From assembly GCF_964204645.1 (NCBI RefSeq), contig NC_134025.1:6944001-7008000 (forward strand): DNA of 64,000 bases, read 5' to 3'. The stretch is from Tubulanus polymorphus. Taxonomy: Eukaryota; Animalia; Nemertea. A program made the translations under genes and the position numbers. The notes below the pieces were generated by a model, which was given only the letters and a program-made list of their open reading frames with translations, searched no databases and had not been told where the DNA came from. Numbering within the stretch: the stretch's first letter is position 1; each line of letters starts with the position of its first letter. This document shows positions 1 through 13,100 of the stretch, piece after piece.

Positions 1-384
1 ATGAAATGAATGATACAGAAAAGACTGATGTCGGACAGAAGAAAGTTCGTGGTATGGATTATTCATGATAAGGGGAAATATCAATCAGGAAATCTCATCA
101 TTTATGTTCTCACTGTCAAGAGAACATGTTTGTACATACACGGCAATAAAGATGAAATTCATAACTAATTTTAATTTTTTCAGATTACAAGAAAACGTCA
201 ATGGCGGCGAGTATGCTGGTTTTTGATCAGTTCATGCAAAATCTAGAGAAAACATGGCAAGGAAAACACATAGAATTAAGTGGTAAGCTATTTATAAAAC
301 AATTATATCTTTATCCATGTAATCTTTGTTTTAGAAATCATATTGTCATGTTGTATATTTACAGATATGAAAGGAGAATTTTAA
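1..384 (+). CDS. 3' end of an unidentified spliced gene (last three coding exons; C-terminus ...KHIELSDMKGEF*)
   Basis: Exons <1-51, 184-282 and 365-384 join in phase 1 through GT-AG introns, giving EMNDTEKTDVGQKKVRD-YKKTSMAASMLVFDQFMQNLEKTWQGKHIELS-DMKGEF*. AT-rich 3'UTR follows. Product not recognised. Confidence 0.6.
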
Positions 385-1210
385 CATCGTAGTTGTATTA
401 GCTTGATTACAGTCTGCTATCATCTTGAATGACAGAAGAAGCGAGATGTAATTTTCTCAAGATAAAACCGATTGTGCATTTATTGTAAATACTTGTATTT
501 GTTATCTTAGAAATGAATTAAACAGATAACGTTTTACCGCATGAAAGTGTATGTTATGTTTATTGAGCTCGTGTTCGTTTTAGAATTTATTTTCAATTTG
601 TCTGTTGGTATTCGTCTCATTTCGCAGTTGAATGCAATTTCCTGAACATTGGTAAAACGTCGAGGAAGGAGATGAGGAAATGGCATGAGACATTTTATTG
701 ACAATTTCATGGGATTTTGGTCGACAGAACATGATTAGTGGTACTTTTATACGTTCGTTTCTATCATTTCCAGCCTGGTTTATTGGTAATTAATGCATGA
801 AATGAGTACTGCACTCCAATGTAAATGGGTTTCACCGAGTGCTGTTGAAGTTGATAGCTTCGGTGTGGCAGCTGGTAGTCCCCGTTCGTTATATATTCAC
901 CGGCGCACTAAGCCAAGCATTGCATGGTTTACTGTATGGATTTCTACTGTTGTTGCCGGATGACAGATCGTTGCCATTATGGTTGGTTAGTAGTACTGTA
1001 TCGCAATTATGCTAGCGGAGATCATTGGTACTGATGTTGCATTGCGATGCAGTACTAGCAGCGGCGATTCGTTTTAGAGTTCTTACGGTGAAACCAATGA
1101 ACAACATCTGTCAACGAACCAGTGAAATTATCGAAATGGATCGAGGAAGAACTTGAATTTACGGAGAAACCGTGTTAAACTTTAATACCGTGTGTAGCTC
1201 AGGACAAAAA

Positions 1211-3815
1211 ATGCGGGACCCTCTTCAGTTCGGGCTTCCTCGTTTGGGTCTTTACCTATTCGTAGGATTATTTTTATACCAGCTAGCAGCAGGAGGTAAG
1301 TTCGTCGACTGGGAGTTCATAAAATCGTCGGAAGACGATGGTTCTTTTTATAGGAACATCATATATCCATGGCAACGGTCGAATCTGATATGCATCTTCG
1401 GCATCGTTGATGATTAAAAAGAGGTGTTTATTTGTTAGATCTGTGAAAAGAGTTCTTGCTATATTTGCACGAAAGTGAAGCCATCCATCACCTCACGATG
1501 AATAATTCTTGTCATTTTAGCTACGTAGCATTAGCAAATAAATTAAGTAAACATAGTTAATTAACGCGGTACTGCTTGATGTATGCACTGCTGATATCGA
1601 ATTTGCCATCGCTGCAACATCCCTCTAATAATTAGTTCCTTTCATCTAATATCATGTCAGAAGATATTGACTTGACAACCTAAATGTAATTTGCCATCTA
1701 TTCCGCGCGTGTTATTACTTATAGAAACTAATCATCTAAGACATTCCGTAACAAATCGTAACCGAAAATGAACAATTATTAATCTAACAATTCTAATCTA
1801 ACAATTGAACCCATAATTCTTTAGTTTTCATTTAAAACAAGCTTAATGTTTATATTTTGTGAAATAGATAAACTATTATGTTGTTCGTGGGATCCGGATG
1901 TTTTTGCTCGGGTAAATTAAAGAATTACACATGAAGCCTTTTCTCATGTTTTAGGATCTTTTAACTCGCTGAATCCGATCTATGAGAAAAAGAAACCAGG
2001 TGAAAAAGAATTCTAAAGCGAAAACTGGGAATATTAAATGTGTTTACACTCTTTCTTATTTTGACTATACTCAAAACCTGCACCTGTAGGAATTTTTTCT
2101 TTTTTTAAAATTTGCATCTCTTGTGTGCGATTGTCATTTTGAGCCATTGATTCTAAAGCAACTTTTATACATTTTTTCTCGTTTTGAAGTCTTTTATATT
2201 GTCACATATTCACATTGATATTTTTAATACCGGAAAAGCTTTGTCGGTAAAACCATCAGCTGATTGGCACTCACACCCACCTGGTCACACCCAATGGCAC
2301 CTGACATGTATTAAATATAATGTATTTATTGGCGAGATTGCCAGTGGTAACGTCGGTATGGTTATTGGTGGCGAAAGGGAAAACACCGTTTGATAGAATC
2401 CACTTTAATCACCAATTCCACGTTCTAAAAGTCCATTTCCAAGTTCTTCGAATTGCATGAGCATGGATCTGAGTGCCGCATGAAATAGACATCAGACCGG
2501 CGAATACACCGCGCGCGCTTTCATCAATCACCATACGTTGAAGGTTTTAAAATCGTTTTAAACATTTCTATTTTTTTCTTAATTGAATTTTCGATTACGT
2601 TTAGAAATCATTATTTAGTTTACTCCGTTGGTTAACAGATTTCGCTTTTTTTTCGAAATTTCTTCGGAAAAAGCCATTTTCAAAATTCTTTTAAATAATT
2701 AAATATATACATATGCTTTACGATAATATCTGCAGTATAAACTTTCTTAGAATGCTATCTGTTCGTAATTTTCTTTCATCATCGCTTTTTGTTTTACTAA
2801 GAATAAAGTACTAACGATAATTCGCCTTGTCTTAATGATTTTTTGTATTTTAATTTCGATCGAAGTATAATTTATACTCGCATAAGAAAAATGGTCATTC
2901 TATATTTTCAGCCAAAAAGCCACTGCAGTGTTACGAATGCGAAAACGAACATTCGAATTTTATGTGCATGAGTGATTTTAATATCGTCGAATGCGCTAGG
3001 GGATTTGATACCTGTCAAACCCTCATAAGCTATTCAGGTATGCAATGAAATATTGTCATTTTCAATTTTCCTTCGTGGTATTAATTATCTGAATACGTTA
3101 TCCATGAGCCACGGCGTACCGCACTTCGTCTGATGATGAAATTCATCGAATTTTTGAAATTGAATTATCTCTTAGTGTCTCTAGAGACTGCACTATATGG
3201 GTAATTCAACTAATGCAATGCCTAATTGATAGAGAAATTGAATTTGAATCCGAATCCCCAACAATTGGTGGTGTTGATTCGTCGCCTTAAAGTTAGCATA
3301 TAGCGTGTTTCTCCGTAGCTACGTTATTGTTGTTGGTAAGCGGATGGGCTTTTAGCCAACTAAAAACCAACAATGATGTTTCTGAAAACATCCGATCGTT
3401 AAACCAAACCACAGACAGGTTACTGGCTAGTTTCTCCGCTTTTCTTACCGATTTATAGTTACTTCGTAAGCTTAACATCATTCTATCATTCACAGTATAA
3501 ACCGCTTATATTTTAAGAATTTCAAAATTATCTCGTCGTGTTTTATATACTTTACATTCTATTCTAGAGAGAAGCGAAAAGTTGTCAATCAGCAAAATAT
3601 GCACGAAAAACCAATCATGCCACGCGCAAATTAATGCAACCAGAGCTCGTATGCCATGTGATTTGACTAAGAACAGTTGGGTTTGCACAACTTGCTGTCA
3701 CACGGACAAATGTAACCTCAACGGAGCCCACGTTACCGTTCCCATGCACTGGGCAATGATAAGTGCAATTTTGATAATGCTGACGAGTCTTTGTTCCTCG
3801 GATGAATTTATGTAA
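1211..3815 (+). CDS. Ly6/uPAR three-finger protein, LYPD6-like, predicted GPI-anchored
   Basis: Exons 1211-1295 (signal peptide), 2912-3037 (LQCYECENEHSNFMC...ECARGFDTCQT) and 3568-3815 (ISKICTKNQSC...PC...VCTTCCHTDKCN plus hydrophobic tail). Phase-1 introns, 12 Cys and the terminal CCxxDxCN motif fit the classic Ly6 three-exon layout. Confidence 0.9.
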
Positions 3816-4494
3816 ATAAACGCTTGCTTAGTCGTAGGAAAGAAATGAAAAACGTTTTGAAATGGGGAATTGCAAAAAATGGGAAATAAGTCAAGCAAAA
3901 TAATAAACATCGGGGGTTTTATTTAGGGTTGTTTGTAATTATAGATTTATTCATTGTTCATTATTCACTTATTCAATGATATTCTAGTCCATGCATATTC
4001 TATTGATAATATTTGATTTTCCATTTTACATGAAATTACTTGTTCCATTAAACCATTGAAATATGAAATGTACATATAATTTTGATAGTGCTACTGAAAC
4101 CAGTATTTTATAAATGTAAATAACAAGCTATGGATTTTTAACGAAGCAAAATAGGCCCAGAATTGTTCAAGAGAAGAGTATCCCTTTCGATTGGGTAGGA
4201 TTGTTATTATTATTAACTAAATCTTAACTAAGTCTTCCAATTAAGAAAAAAAACCTAATGAACGTTTTGCGTTCTGGCGATTATCATGGAATGTACTGAT
4301 AATACGTCAGCCTACATACAACAATCAGAAACGTATTATATTAGGAATTAACTAATTGATTCTGAACGTTGTTCTTTCCGTCTATGTGAATAGTGATACA
4401 TAGCTACTCCAAAACATTCTTTATAGATTTTACAGGATTTAAGGCAAGAGTTCCATTTTATCCATTTATACTACAATTATCCAATACTTACAAT

Positions 4495-4705
<211 letters not shown>

Positions 4706-5212
4706 CATACGTACTAGAAGAGAAATATAATTCAGTTAATGCTTCAAAGTGTGTCTGCGTCTTTCGATATTCGTGCGAATCAACAATCAACTGGTTGTGG
4801 TGAATAGTCATTTGTCAGCGATGAAATCGACGACACTTCTAGGAGCGCATGACAGCTTTCCAATGGGGATGGATTCGACGTAGCAGCCACGTAAATTTAT
4901 AGTCACGGCTAGAGCTTACTTTTTGATCATCTTCATTGCGTTTTCTGCTTTCATCGATACCCTATAAGCGGTGTGAATGGAAGGAAACCCATGAATCAAC
5001 AGACGATCATTGAACAATGACATGGCCATTTGTATACGCGGTACTTCTGAACGTAGGTTTCTTATTCGATGGATCTATTAGAGACGACAGACTTCTATCG
5101 GTATCTTCCTTTTGGAGCACTTGAACACTGTCCTTGTTTATGATGTGCGCCGAGAATATATGTCCTTCATTTGGAGCACTTCGAGACGTGCCTCTCCTAA
5201 GGACCATATATA

Positions 5213-5385
5213 CGGTATGACTCGTTTAATTCGGATCGGTTTATTCGGATTTTCACTTATTTTGGACTAAAATTCCGGTCCCCTCTAGGTTACTTCTATT
5301 CAAATGAGAGAGCACATAATTCGGATTTCTTTTAATTCGGACAAAATTTTCCAGTCCCATGATCCGAATTAAGCGAGTTCTACTG
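5213..5385. mobile_element. MITE, Tc1/mariner (pogo/Tigger-like) non-autonomous
   Basis: About 25-bp imperfect TIRs: cggtatgactcgtttaattcggatc ... gatccgaattaagcgagttctactg (revcomp cagtagaactcgcttaattcggatc). TA on the left flank, internal aattcgga repeats. Confidence 0.7.
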
Positions 5386-6351
5386 CATATGGCCATATCC
5401 CGCCATCGACAATGATCTCAAGTCAAATAAACCAACACGATTGAAGGACGATATTCGACTTTGTGGAACTGATACATTTTTATTTGGCGGTAATGAGAAT
5501 CAAGCAACAACGTTATTGGAAATTAAATATACATTAACAATAAAATAAATTTTGGTATAAACGTTTAAATACGTTTTAAATACAGAACTTTATAAAGTTT
5601 GAGACAATTGCATGTGGAAAGTTAAACCTTTGTCTAATTCTATTAAGGATTGATGATTTAATCACAAGGGGGACAAAACTGAAATTACCTGAATTGAAGC
5701 ATGTTTGAGAAGAGCGAATGATAGTACCTGGTACATGTAAATGAATTGCTTAGAAACTGCAAATAAGCAGTGAAATACTGAAATTTTCCATTGACAGCTT
5801 CAGTACCAGTAATAAACCATATAATTTGTTGACTGTTGAATGATGACGTACATATTAAGTGAATAGTTAAGCATGATCTCTTCAGGAAATGTCATTAAAT
5901 AAATAATTCAACCATATTGCATTTATAACATACTCCCAAGCGAAAACTGTGCTGCATATGAAACAAAATTGTCTTAATTTGATTGTCCAAGATTCAACGC
6001 CTGAATGAAACAAATGGAATATACGGAAAGTAATTCGGTACAAAAATAACAGATTTCATGGATAACAAAATTATTTTCAAACGAATGAGCAGCAAAAACT
6101 GAACAAAATATCAATTTTAAAATAAATGCCCACAAGTAACAGGGGCCAGCTTCGTAGGCGTTTATCAAACCTAAAACGGCAATATTCATAAAGTCTGTGG
6201 GACTAGATTTAACAGATAAATCAAGTGGTGAATATTACTGTGTAAGATGACACACATTTTTCGCCCATTAAAGCACAATTTTCTGGATTTTGACAGGATG
6301 TATAACCCCCAACAACAATCAAACCGATGACCAGATTAAGATATCGGCATG

Positions 6352-9300
6352 CTAATCGATTTCTTTTTCTTTAGGGTGTGTCCGGAAATGTTTCAGCATA
6401 TCGCCCTTTTGCGTGAACTGTCTACCGCACCGAGGACACGAATACGGACGAATACCTTCGTGGATCAGATTGTGTCGTTTCAGGTGATGCTTCGACGAGA
6501 ACATCTTATTGCAGACGACGCACTTATGCACGAAGTGATTACCCGTGTGTCGTACCTCGTGGCGTCTGCAGTGATATCGCTCGACAAAACCCTTTTTACA
6601 AACACCGCAGAAGAACTTATTCTCTTCTCGGCCCTCATCGTGAGTGCGCAGATGTCGTTCATAACCGGATTTGTGTTTGAAATTCTTACCGCAAAGATCG
6701 CATAAATAGTCACCGGCGAGTTGATGCGAGCGTAGGTGGCGTTTCAATCGACATTGCATTTCGAAAGATTTCCCACACGTCGCGCATACATAATACGTCT
6801 GCCAGTTTTTCTTGAATATAGTATTCACCGGCATATTCTGCGTGTTGATCTTAACCGGAATCATTGTAATTTTTCCCTGGTTGTTGACTTCACTTTCCGC
6901 GCAGTTTTGCAAGGCACCGGTAGCCGAGTCCTTTTTACCATCCATAGAACATGTAAGCGTATCGCAGATATATGCTCGATAACTGTTGTCATCGGTTTCG
7001 TTGGCTTTTTTCATCGGACTGAATGTCAGATTGTGATCGTCGTCGAATGACTTTTTATTCAAATCGTTCATCGAATTCATATCAATATTGCTATTGAAAT
7101 TATGATTGTCAAAACTATTCAACGGTCCGAGTTCATTTTGCGAAAGAGCGGGGCCGCTGCCAAGCGTTTTACTATCATTAAAACTAGTATTCGGATCGTA
7201 GACTTCTACGACAGCATTATTAACTTCGGATACATCGATGAATTCAGACAAACTCTTATAAACTTCCATCAGCGATGGAGCCGTACTCAAAAGGCTGTGA
7301 TTGTTCACTTCGGAGGACGACTGATTCAGAAGGTCGTCGGCGCTGATTTGATTTTTCACGAAACTGTCCGTTTGTGGCGAGCCGAACGAAGAGCCGCGTT
7401 CATTCGTAACGGTCGATTGAATGTTCAGAGAATCGTCGCTTTTCGTCGGGGTCGTGATACGCGATTGAAGCATGCTCGCGCGAACGATATCCGACGAATC
7501 GATGAAATTTTCCGAGTCCGAGTGCGATTTGTTCGCGACCGACGAATTCAAATTTATCCCGATATCTCCGGTTATCACGTTCGTACTGGCGCAATCACGA
7601 GGCGTATAACCAACCGGAGTGGTGGAAAAGTCATAGTCGGCATCACAAGCCGATGACATGATGTTCTCCGTGGATTGTGACAATGAAGGATAAGAAAAGG
7701 ATAGAGAATCACAACTATCTACATTTACTGTTGTTTGACTCACTAATGACGGCGACGTGTCCTCATTATCCATTTTTTTGGTTTGTGGGGCGATGATATT
7801 TTCCGTTTTTGTGACGAGACTACAGGAACTTTCCTGAGCACGCATTATAGCTGAATTCACTATCGATGGCACACTCAATTTCGGCAAATTCATCGGCTTT
7901 TGATGCGACTCATTTAAAACTAATGGATGAATTATCATTATGCTATTCTGTCCAATAGTATTTTCAATCATGGCTATTGTACCAACGGTCTCTGTTTTCT
8001 TGGTTTCCTTTTCACTATCCTGCTGTCTATGAGCCATTATCTCGTCCATTGCTATATTAGCCTTCAACCAGCTCGGTTTTTTAGGTATTTTCTTTTTTCT
8101 TTTCTTAGCCAGTTTTCTTTTGTCGGTTAGATTTATCAGAGGATCCTCATCAAAAATTGCCGGATTATTTCGAATTTCTGTATCTTTGAAATCTAGCCCA
8201 TTCCCCGGGGATAGGGTCTTATTGGCACATTCATTCGCAGCTGGTTTTATCGGAATATCTGTATCTAACATAAGTTCATTTCCGTTATCATCATCGGAGC
8301 GCTCCTTAACTACGCATACATGAAGAACTTCAGTGTCAGATGTTGATTCGTATGCTAGCCTGGTGTCTATGCTGTCAAAAGGTTTTTTCTTCGGCGTTGA
8401 ACTAGTGTTTAGACTGTGTTCTTTATCTGAAAGGTTATAAAGTTAATCAACGGTCAGATCATTCAAACTAAGAGAAAGACTGTCCGTAAGATCTCGATAA
8501 TTATCACTTGTTTAATGTGTTTGTAAACTGTGATTAAACTTACCATTTATGCTCAATTTGTGCACAAAAGATTCCAGATAAGGACGACTGTAATCGTAGT
8601 ACAGTGGATCACCTTCCAGTATACGGGTAGTTGTAACAAAATAAATATGTTCTTTATGTTGAAAAGCAACTAGATTCTGTTGTGATGGTTTCGATGCTCG
8701 CTGTACATACATCATCCAATTACACAATTTTGGGTCATCCATTTTGATATATTCCACATTTTCCATGTTCTTGAAAATCTTCAATACAAGATGGGAATGA
8801 AACAATATCACAAAAACCGGTTTTTTATATGGCTTTCAACAAATGAAAACACAGATTTCATCATGCCTTACCATCCAAGTTTGATCAATGCAATTCTGGT
8901 CAATTGCATCAGATGAAGGTCCATCAAGTGGCCCAAATCTAATTCCTTTTGAAATCACCACCTTAGCACATACTGTGAACAAATCTGTTTTGACGAGATC
9001 TGGTTTTACTGAAGAAAAAGAAAAGAATTATAATAACATAGTAATCAATTTCAGGCCCTCATTAACGATAAATCTTCAAACTGAACTAATGATGTAATTA
9101 ACCCTACTGAGTGAACATTAATTATCCAAAACCCCATATACTATTTTGTCTCTATGGCCCTAATTTAAAAACAAAAATTGCTATTTACATTCAAGACAGT
9201 TTGGTAACGAGTAGTGGGATTTCAGCGCTCTCGAATCGGGGATAATCTTGAATTCACCATGCTTTGGGCATGCATCTAGATAAGCCGTTTGACAGTCATG

Positions 9301-9587
9301 ACACCCTGCAATTAGACATATTACTATAGTCATTGCGCAATACACAATTTTTGACAGTTCACAATCACCGTATGGTGCTGCCACCTTCATAGAAACGAGT
9401 CTGCAAATACAAAGTCTTTCACCAGTTAAATACTCAATAAAGCGCTATATTCGGGAACATGTTGCTTACATAGTTTAATGCTGTCATATACCAAAATGTC
9501 ACAACATTCACTGAGAGATTCGACTCGTGTATTCTCTAGATTTTCAGTTATTACATCATTTACATTTCCGGGTTCGACAGCGTCCAT
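6352..9587 (-). CDS. PRDM family protein (zinc knuckle + PR/SET domain + 5 C2H2 zinc fingers)
   Basis: Exons 9587-9470, 9305-9189, 9008-8872, 8778-8544 and 8426-6352 are all in phase. Motifs: LWCHDCQ...CPKHG knuckle, GIRFGP, CNWMMYVQRA...QQNLVAFQ...IYFVT PR domain, five C2H2 fingers at the C-terminus. Confidence 0.92.
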
Positions 9588-10118
9588 ATTTACGCAGATG
9601 GCAGCACAAGACGGCTAGCTAACAGGCAGTAAAAACTGGATGCGGAAGCTTTGTACAGTAAAAGCCGGAGTAGGATTCATCTCAAAATGTAAATCCGCCC
9701 GGTGCTCTAAGCATCGATTCGGCCTATATCGGTTGTAAACCAGACCCTCCATTAGCGGATGAGAGAAATTTATTTGTAAGATGAATTGGTACATAAATTA
9801 GAGAATTTCAGTAGTGCTTCTCCGAAAGCTGGCTCCAAGAAAACCCGGGAATGAGAAAAATAGTCAACGGCTCGGTGGCTCTCCGCGTGACAAAACATTC
9901 AATCAGTCTTTTGCCCACAAAATTGAGCCCAATGGAAGACCTTGTCCGAGAAAAATATTCAACTACCTTATCAAAATTGAGATATAAACAGGGAAGGTTT
10001 ATTGAATATCACGAATCGTATAATATCACAATCCAGTAACAAATCTGGCGTCCGTCTGGTCTACTTCTGTGTTAAATGAGGGCAATCCACATCTTGGCAT
10101 CGACGATCAAGGCAGAAT

Positions 10119-13100
10119 TTATGCGACGAGCTTAACTTCATCTGAAGAGAAGACACGGAAAGGACATGGAGATATAATTCAATTGATTCAATCCCCTCTA
10201 TGTATTCAAGAATATTTTACCTGCCGCTTGTCTGAATTTGAGTCGTTGTAAGTGGCGAATGAGATGGTCAGTATCAGATTCCTCTTTACTTCCCCAGCGT
10301 TTGCACGCGTCCAACAGTTTCAAACGATTATTTTCATTAGCGGCGTCGATTTCTTCAACTTCTGATTCGGAAAAGCCGAGACCTTTCGTTGCGAATAGTT
10401 TCCATTTTCCCAGCACTTCAGAATTTTGGGACACACGAGCGCAAGCTTTTTCCATTCGTTTTTCTTAGATAAGGAAACATAATGCAATTCAATTTGAAAA
10501 ATCTTGAAATTATTGGTCTTGGAGAAATGTTTTCACAGCCTACCTCGCGTTTCCTTTTCCCGTTCTTCTTTAAATTTGAGATCTCTTTCTCGAACCATTT
10601 CGGCAACCTCCCGACGCCCGGCACTTGCCAACGCCCTGTACAAAGTGTCTCCCTAGAAAAAGAATAAGGAATGATACTGGAACGATACTTTTGATACTCT
10701 CATACTAAATTGTCATGAACATCGTTTTACCTTGTCCAGTTGACGTTTCTCTGCCTTCCACCACGTAGCCAGCACGCAGTATGCCATCTCTTCGTCTTGG
10801 TTGCAAAAATCTCGTTTTATTATTTGTATTTGTGAAGTCGACAATTCGAAGAAACTTGCCAATCTGAGGCTGTCGTCATAATTCATTTCGGAAGCTATTT
10901 CACGGAATAGCTCTTCGTTGATTATACCTAGAATGACAAAAAATCAGAGGCAGAATTTAGATTTCATCCATAGATTTCTCGTTACAGTCTTTAAATTCAA
11001 CATGATTTCCTTACCATTTGGAATGATTGGAATCGAAGTAAGATTTCTTTTCTGCTCTTGTTTTTCAGGCTGTGAAAGAAATTAGCTTTGTTATTTTATG
11101 ATATTCCATGAATATCTAGCGAATTCAATCTATTTGAATATATACCTTAGGTATATTGATTTCTAACTCAGAAATAAGAGTTTTTTCCGGCACCATTTCG
11201 TATCGGCGACCCTGTCCTGTGTCAACCAGTTTCTTCACTTTCACATCTGTATAAAGTTGTATGAAGCCGTGATAGTCGTGGAAGCATTTGTTTGCGAATT
11301 TATCCACTTCAGTGACCGATAAATCCACACTGCTCTTCATCTGACAGTTGAACATCAAGCGCGTATCAACATCCTCTTTATCGCTGGTAACATTTCCTCT
11401 GAAACCGAAAGTGATTATCTGTCCCTCGTCACAAATGTGCTCTTTACTGGGTTTTGGTCCTTCTGTATAGCCCTCGCTGGCCAGCTCCTCCAGCGTTTTC
11501 TCCAATTTACTTTTCGATACGCACAGTATTTTTGCGGTTTTCGGGGAATCGTGATTTTGACGTAGTACGACGACGGCTGATCGTTGAGCTTGCAGTCGTT
11601 CTAAAGTGGCGGCCATCTTTTCGACGTCATCTGGCTTGGAATGCATTTTTGTTCTCAACAACAGGATCCTAAATGTCAAGATATATCAACTAGAGTATGA
11701 AAGTCTCTTAGTGCTACAACGTTTTGGCTGTGCTAAAATGGCTATCTATCATGATTGCTATAACGAAATGAAAGCTAGTTAAGGAATATCAGTCAACCAG
11801 TCGATCAAGTGGAAAATCAATTCAAATTTCCTATCGAAATGTACCTTCCAAAAGGTTTCTTAAGTATTATTTCCACCATATCTTTAGCGCCTAAGTCTTT
11901 AACCGCTAGGTCAGTCGAGATGGTCCAGTGACCTGTCTCCTCTCTCGTCAATAAATGTACCATATCTTCTTCATCGTCTAAAACATGATGACATAGTTGA
12001 AAAAACGCTACAGTGGAAAAAAATAAAACGTTTGGAAGTTTTCACAACCGAAATATGCATACATACCATCTTTCCACAGCATTCCGATACCGTATGACTT
12101 TTTCGGACTATCAGAGTCCGTGATCGGCGTTATTTTTGCCTTGGGTTTCTCACTGGCTTGTTGTTGATGTTTAAGAGGATTTTGAGCTAAGGTCATAGTT
12201 AACGAGACTGGTTTCAAGAATTTCTGACTGGGCAGTCCGAGGCGTACGACTGCGCTAGCAACGATAAGTCGATCGCAGACGCCCATTGAGCCGTCGGGAT
12301 TTCGCAATTGTTTTGCAGCTTGAACAACCGACGATTCGAATGGTGTTACCTGGATATAGACAAAGCTGCTTAAATACTCAACTTTTTCCATGTATTCATC
12401 GTGAAATGATATGATAATCGAACGAACCAGTTCCACAGTTCTGGAATTACATATGACTTATAACAAAATAAAACTGAAAACTGGAACCCTTAGTTCAGAG
12501 TGTCACCTTGATAAGTGAAATATGAAAAAATATGGGTACTTCTGAAATTCACCTGTCGAAATATATTGAAAAGAAAACTCACGTTTAAAGTCAGAGTTTG
12601 CGGATACGAATCAAAGCAATCGTTTTCGAATGTTAATTGAAATCTACTGTCAACGGATGAAGTAAAAGTGCCACCCGGTTTCTTTATCGTAAATGTATCT
12701 TTCTTCGGACGTGTGATCACAGCCATTGTCCACGTACGTCTAGTTCGAACTTCAGCAAGTTTAAGGTCCTGACAAGAATTCAGAATATGCATAGATATAC
12801 ATATATAGGCCTACCCACGATAATTCGATTGTAGTTAGTCGAATTTAAAGCATATCTACATACCCGAAATTCGGGAATTGTCGCTTCACGCGTGGTCATA
12901 TCGCGCCATGTGCCATTTTGTAACTCTACTTTCACGACTGTTTCTCGGTATGATATTCCCTTTGGTGCGTTGTGAGGAACGGCTATGGCCCATGGTTCTT
13001 CCGACTGCGGAAATGAAAATAAACAAAAAACATGGATGGAAATGGGCTCCAGATATTCTGAATTCTGTTTACACGATATAGCTTTATTAGCGCCACAGTT

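Noticed and set aside
365-384. C-terminal KGEF as a KDEL/HDEF-like ER retrieval signal
   Set aside because: Weak resemblance only, and the rest of the gene is outside the window.
6349-8323. Plus-strand ORFs overlapping the large PRDM exon (also 14525-14974, 15838-16411, 62502-63116)
   Set aside because: Antisense shadows of real minus-strand coding exons with no independent motifs.
9640-9980. GC-richer segment with a small hairpin, considered as RNase P/MRP or snRNA
   Set aside because: The conserved CR-I/CR-V or Sm-type elements are not recognisable; its position fits the PRDM promoter and DTHD1 3' flank.
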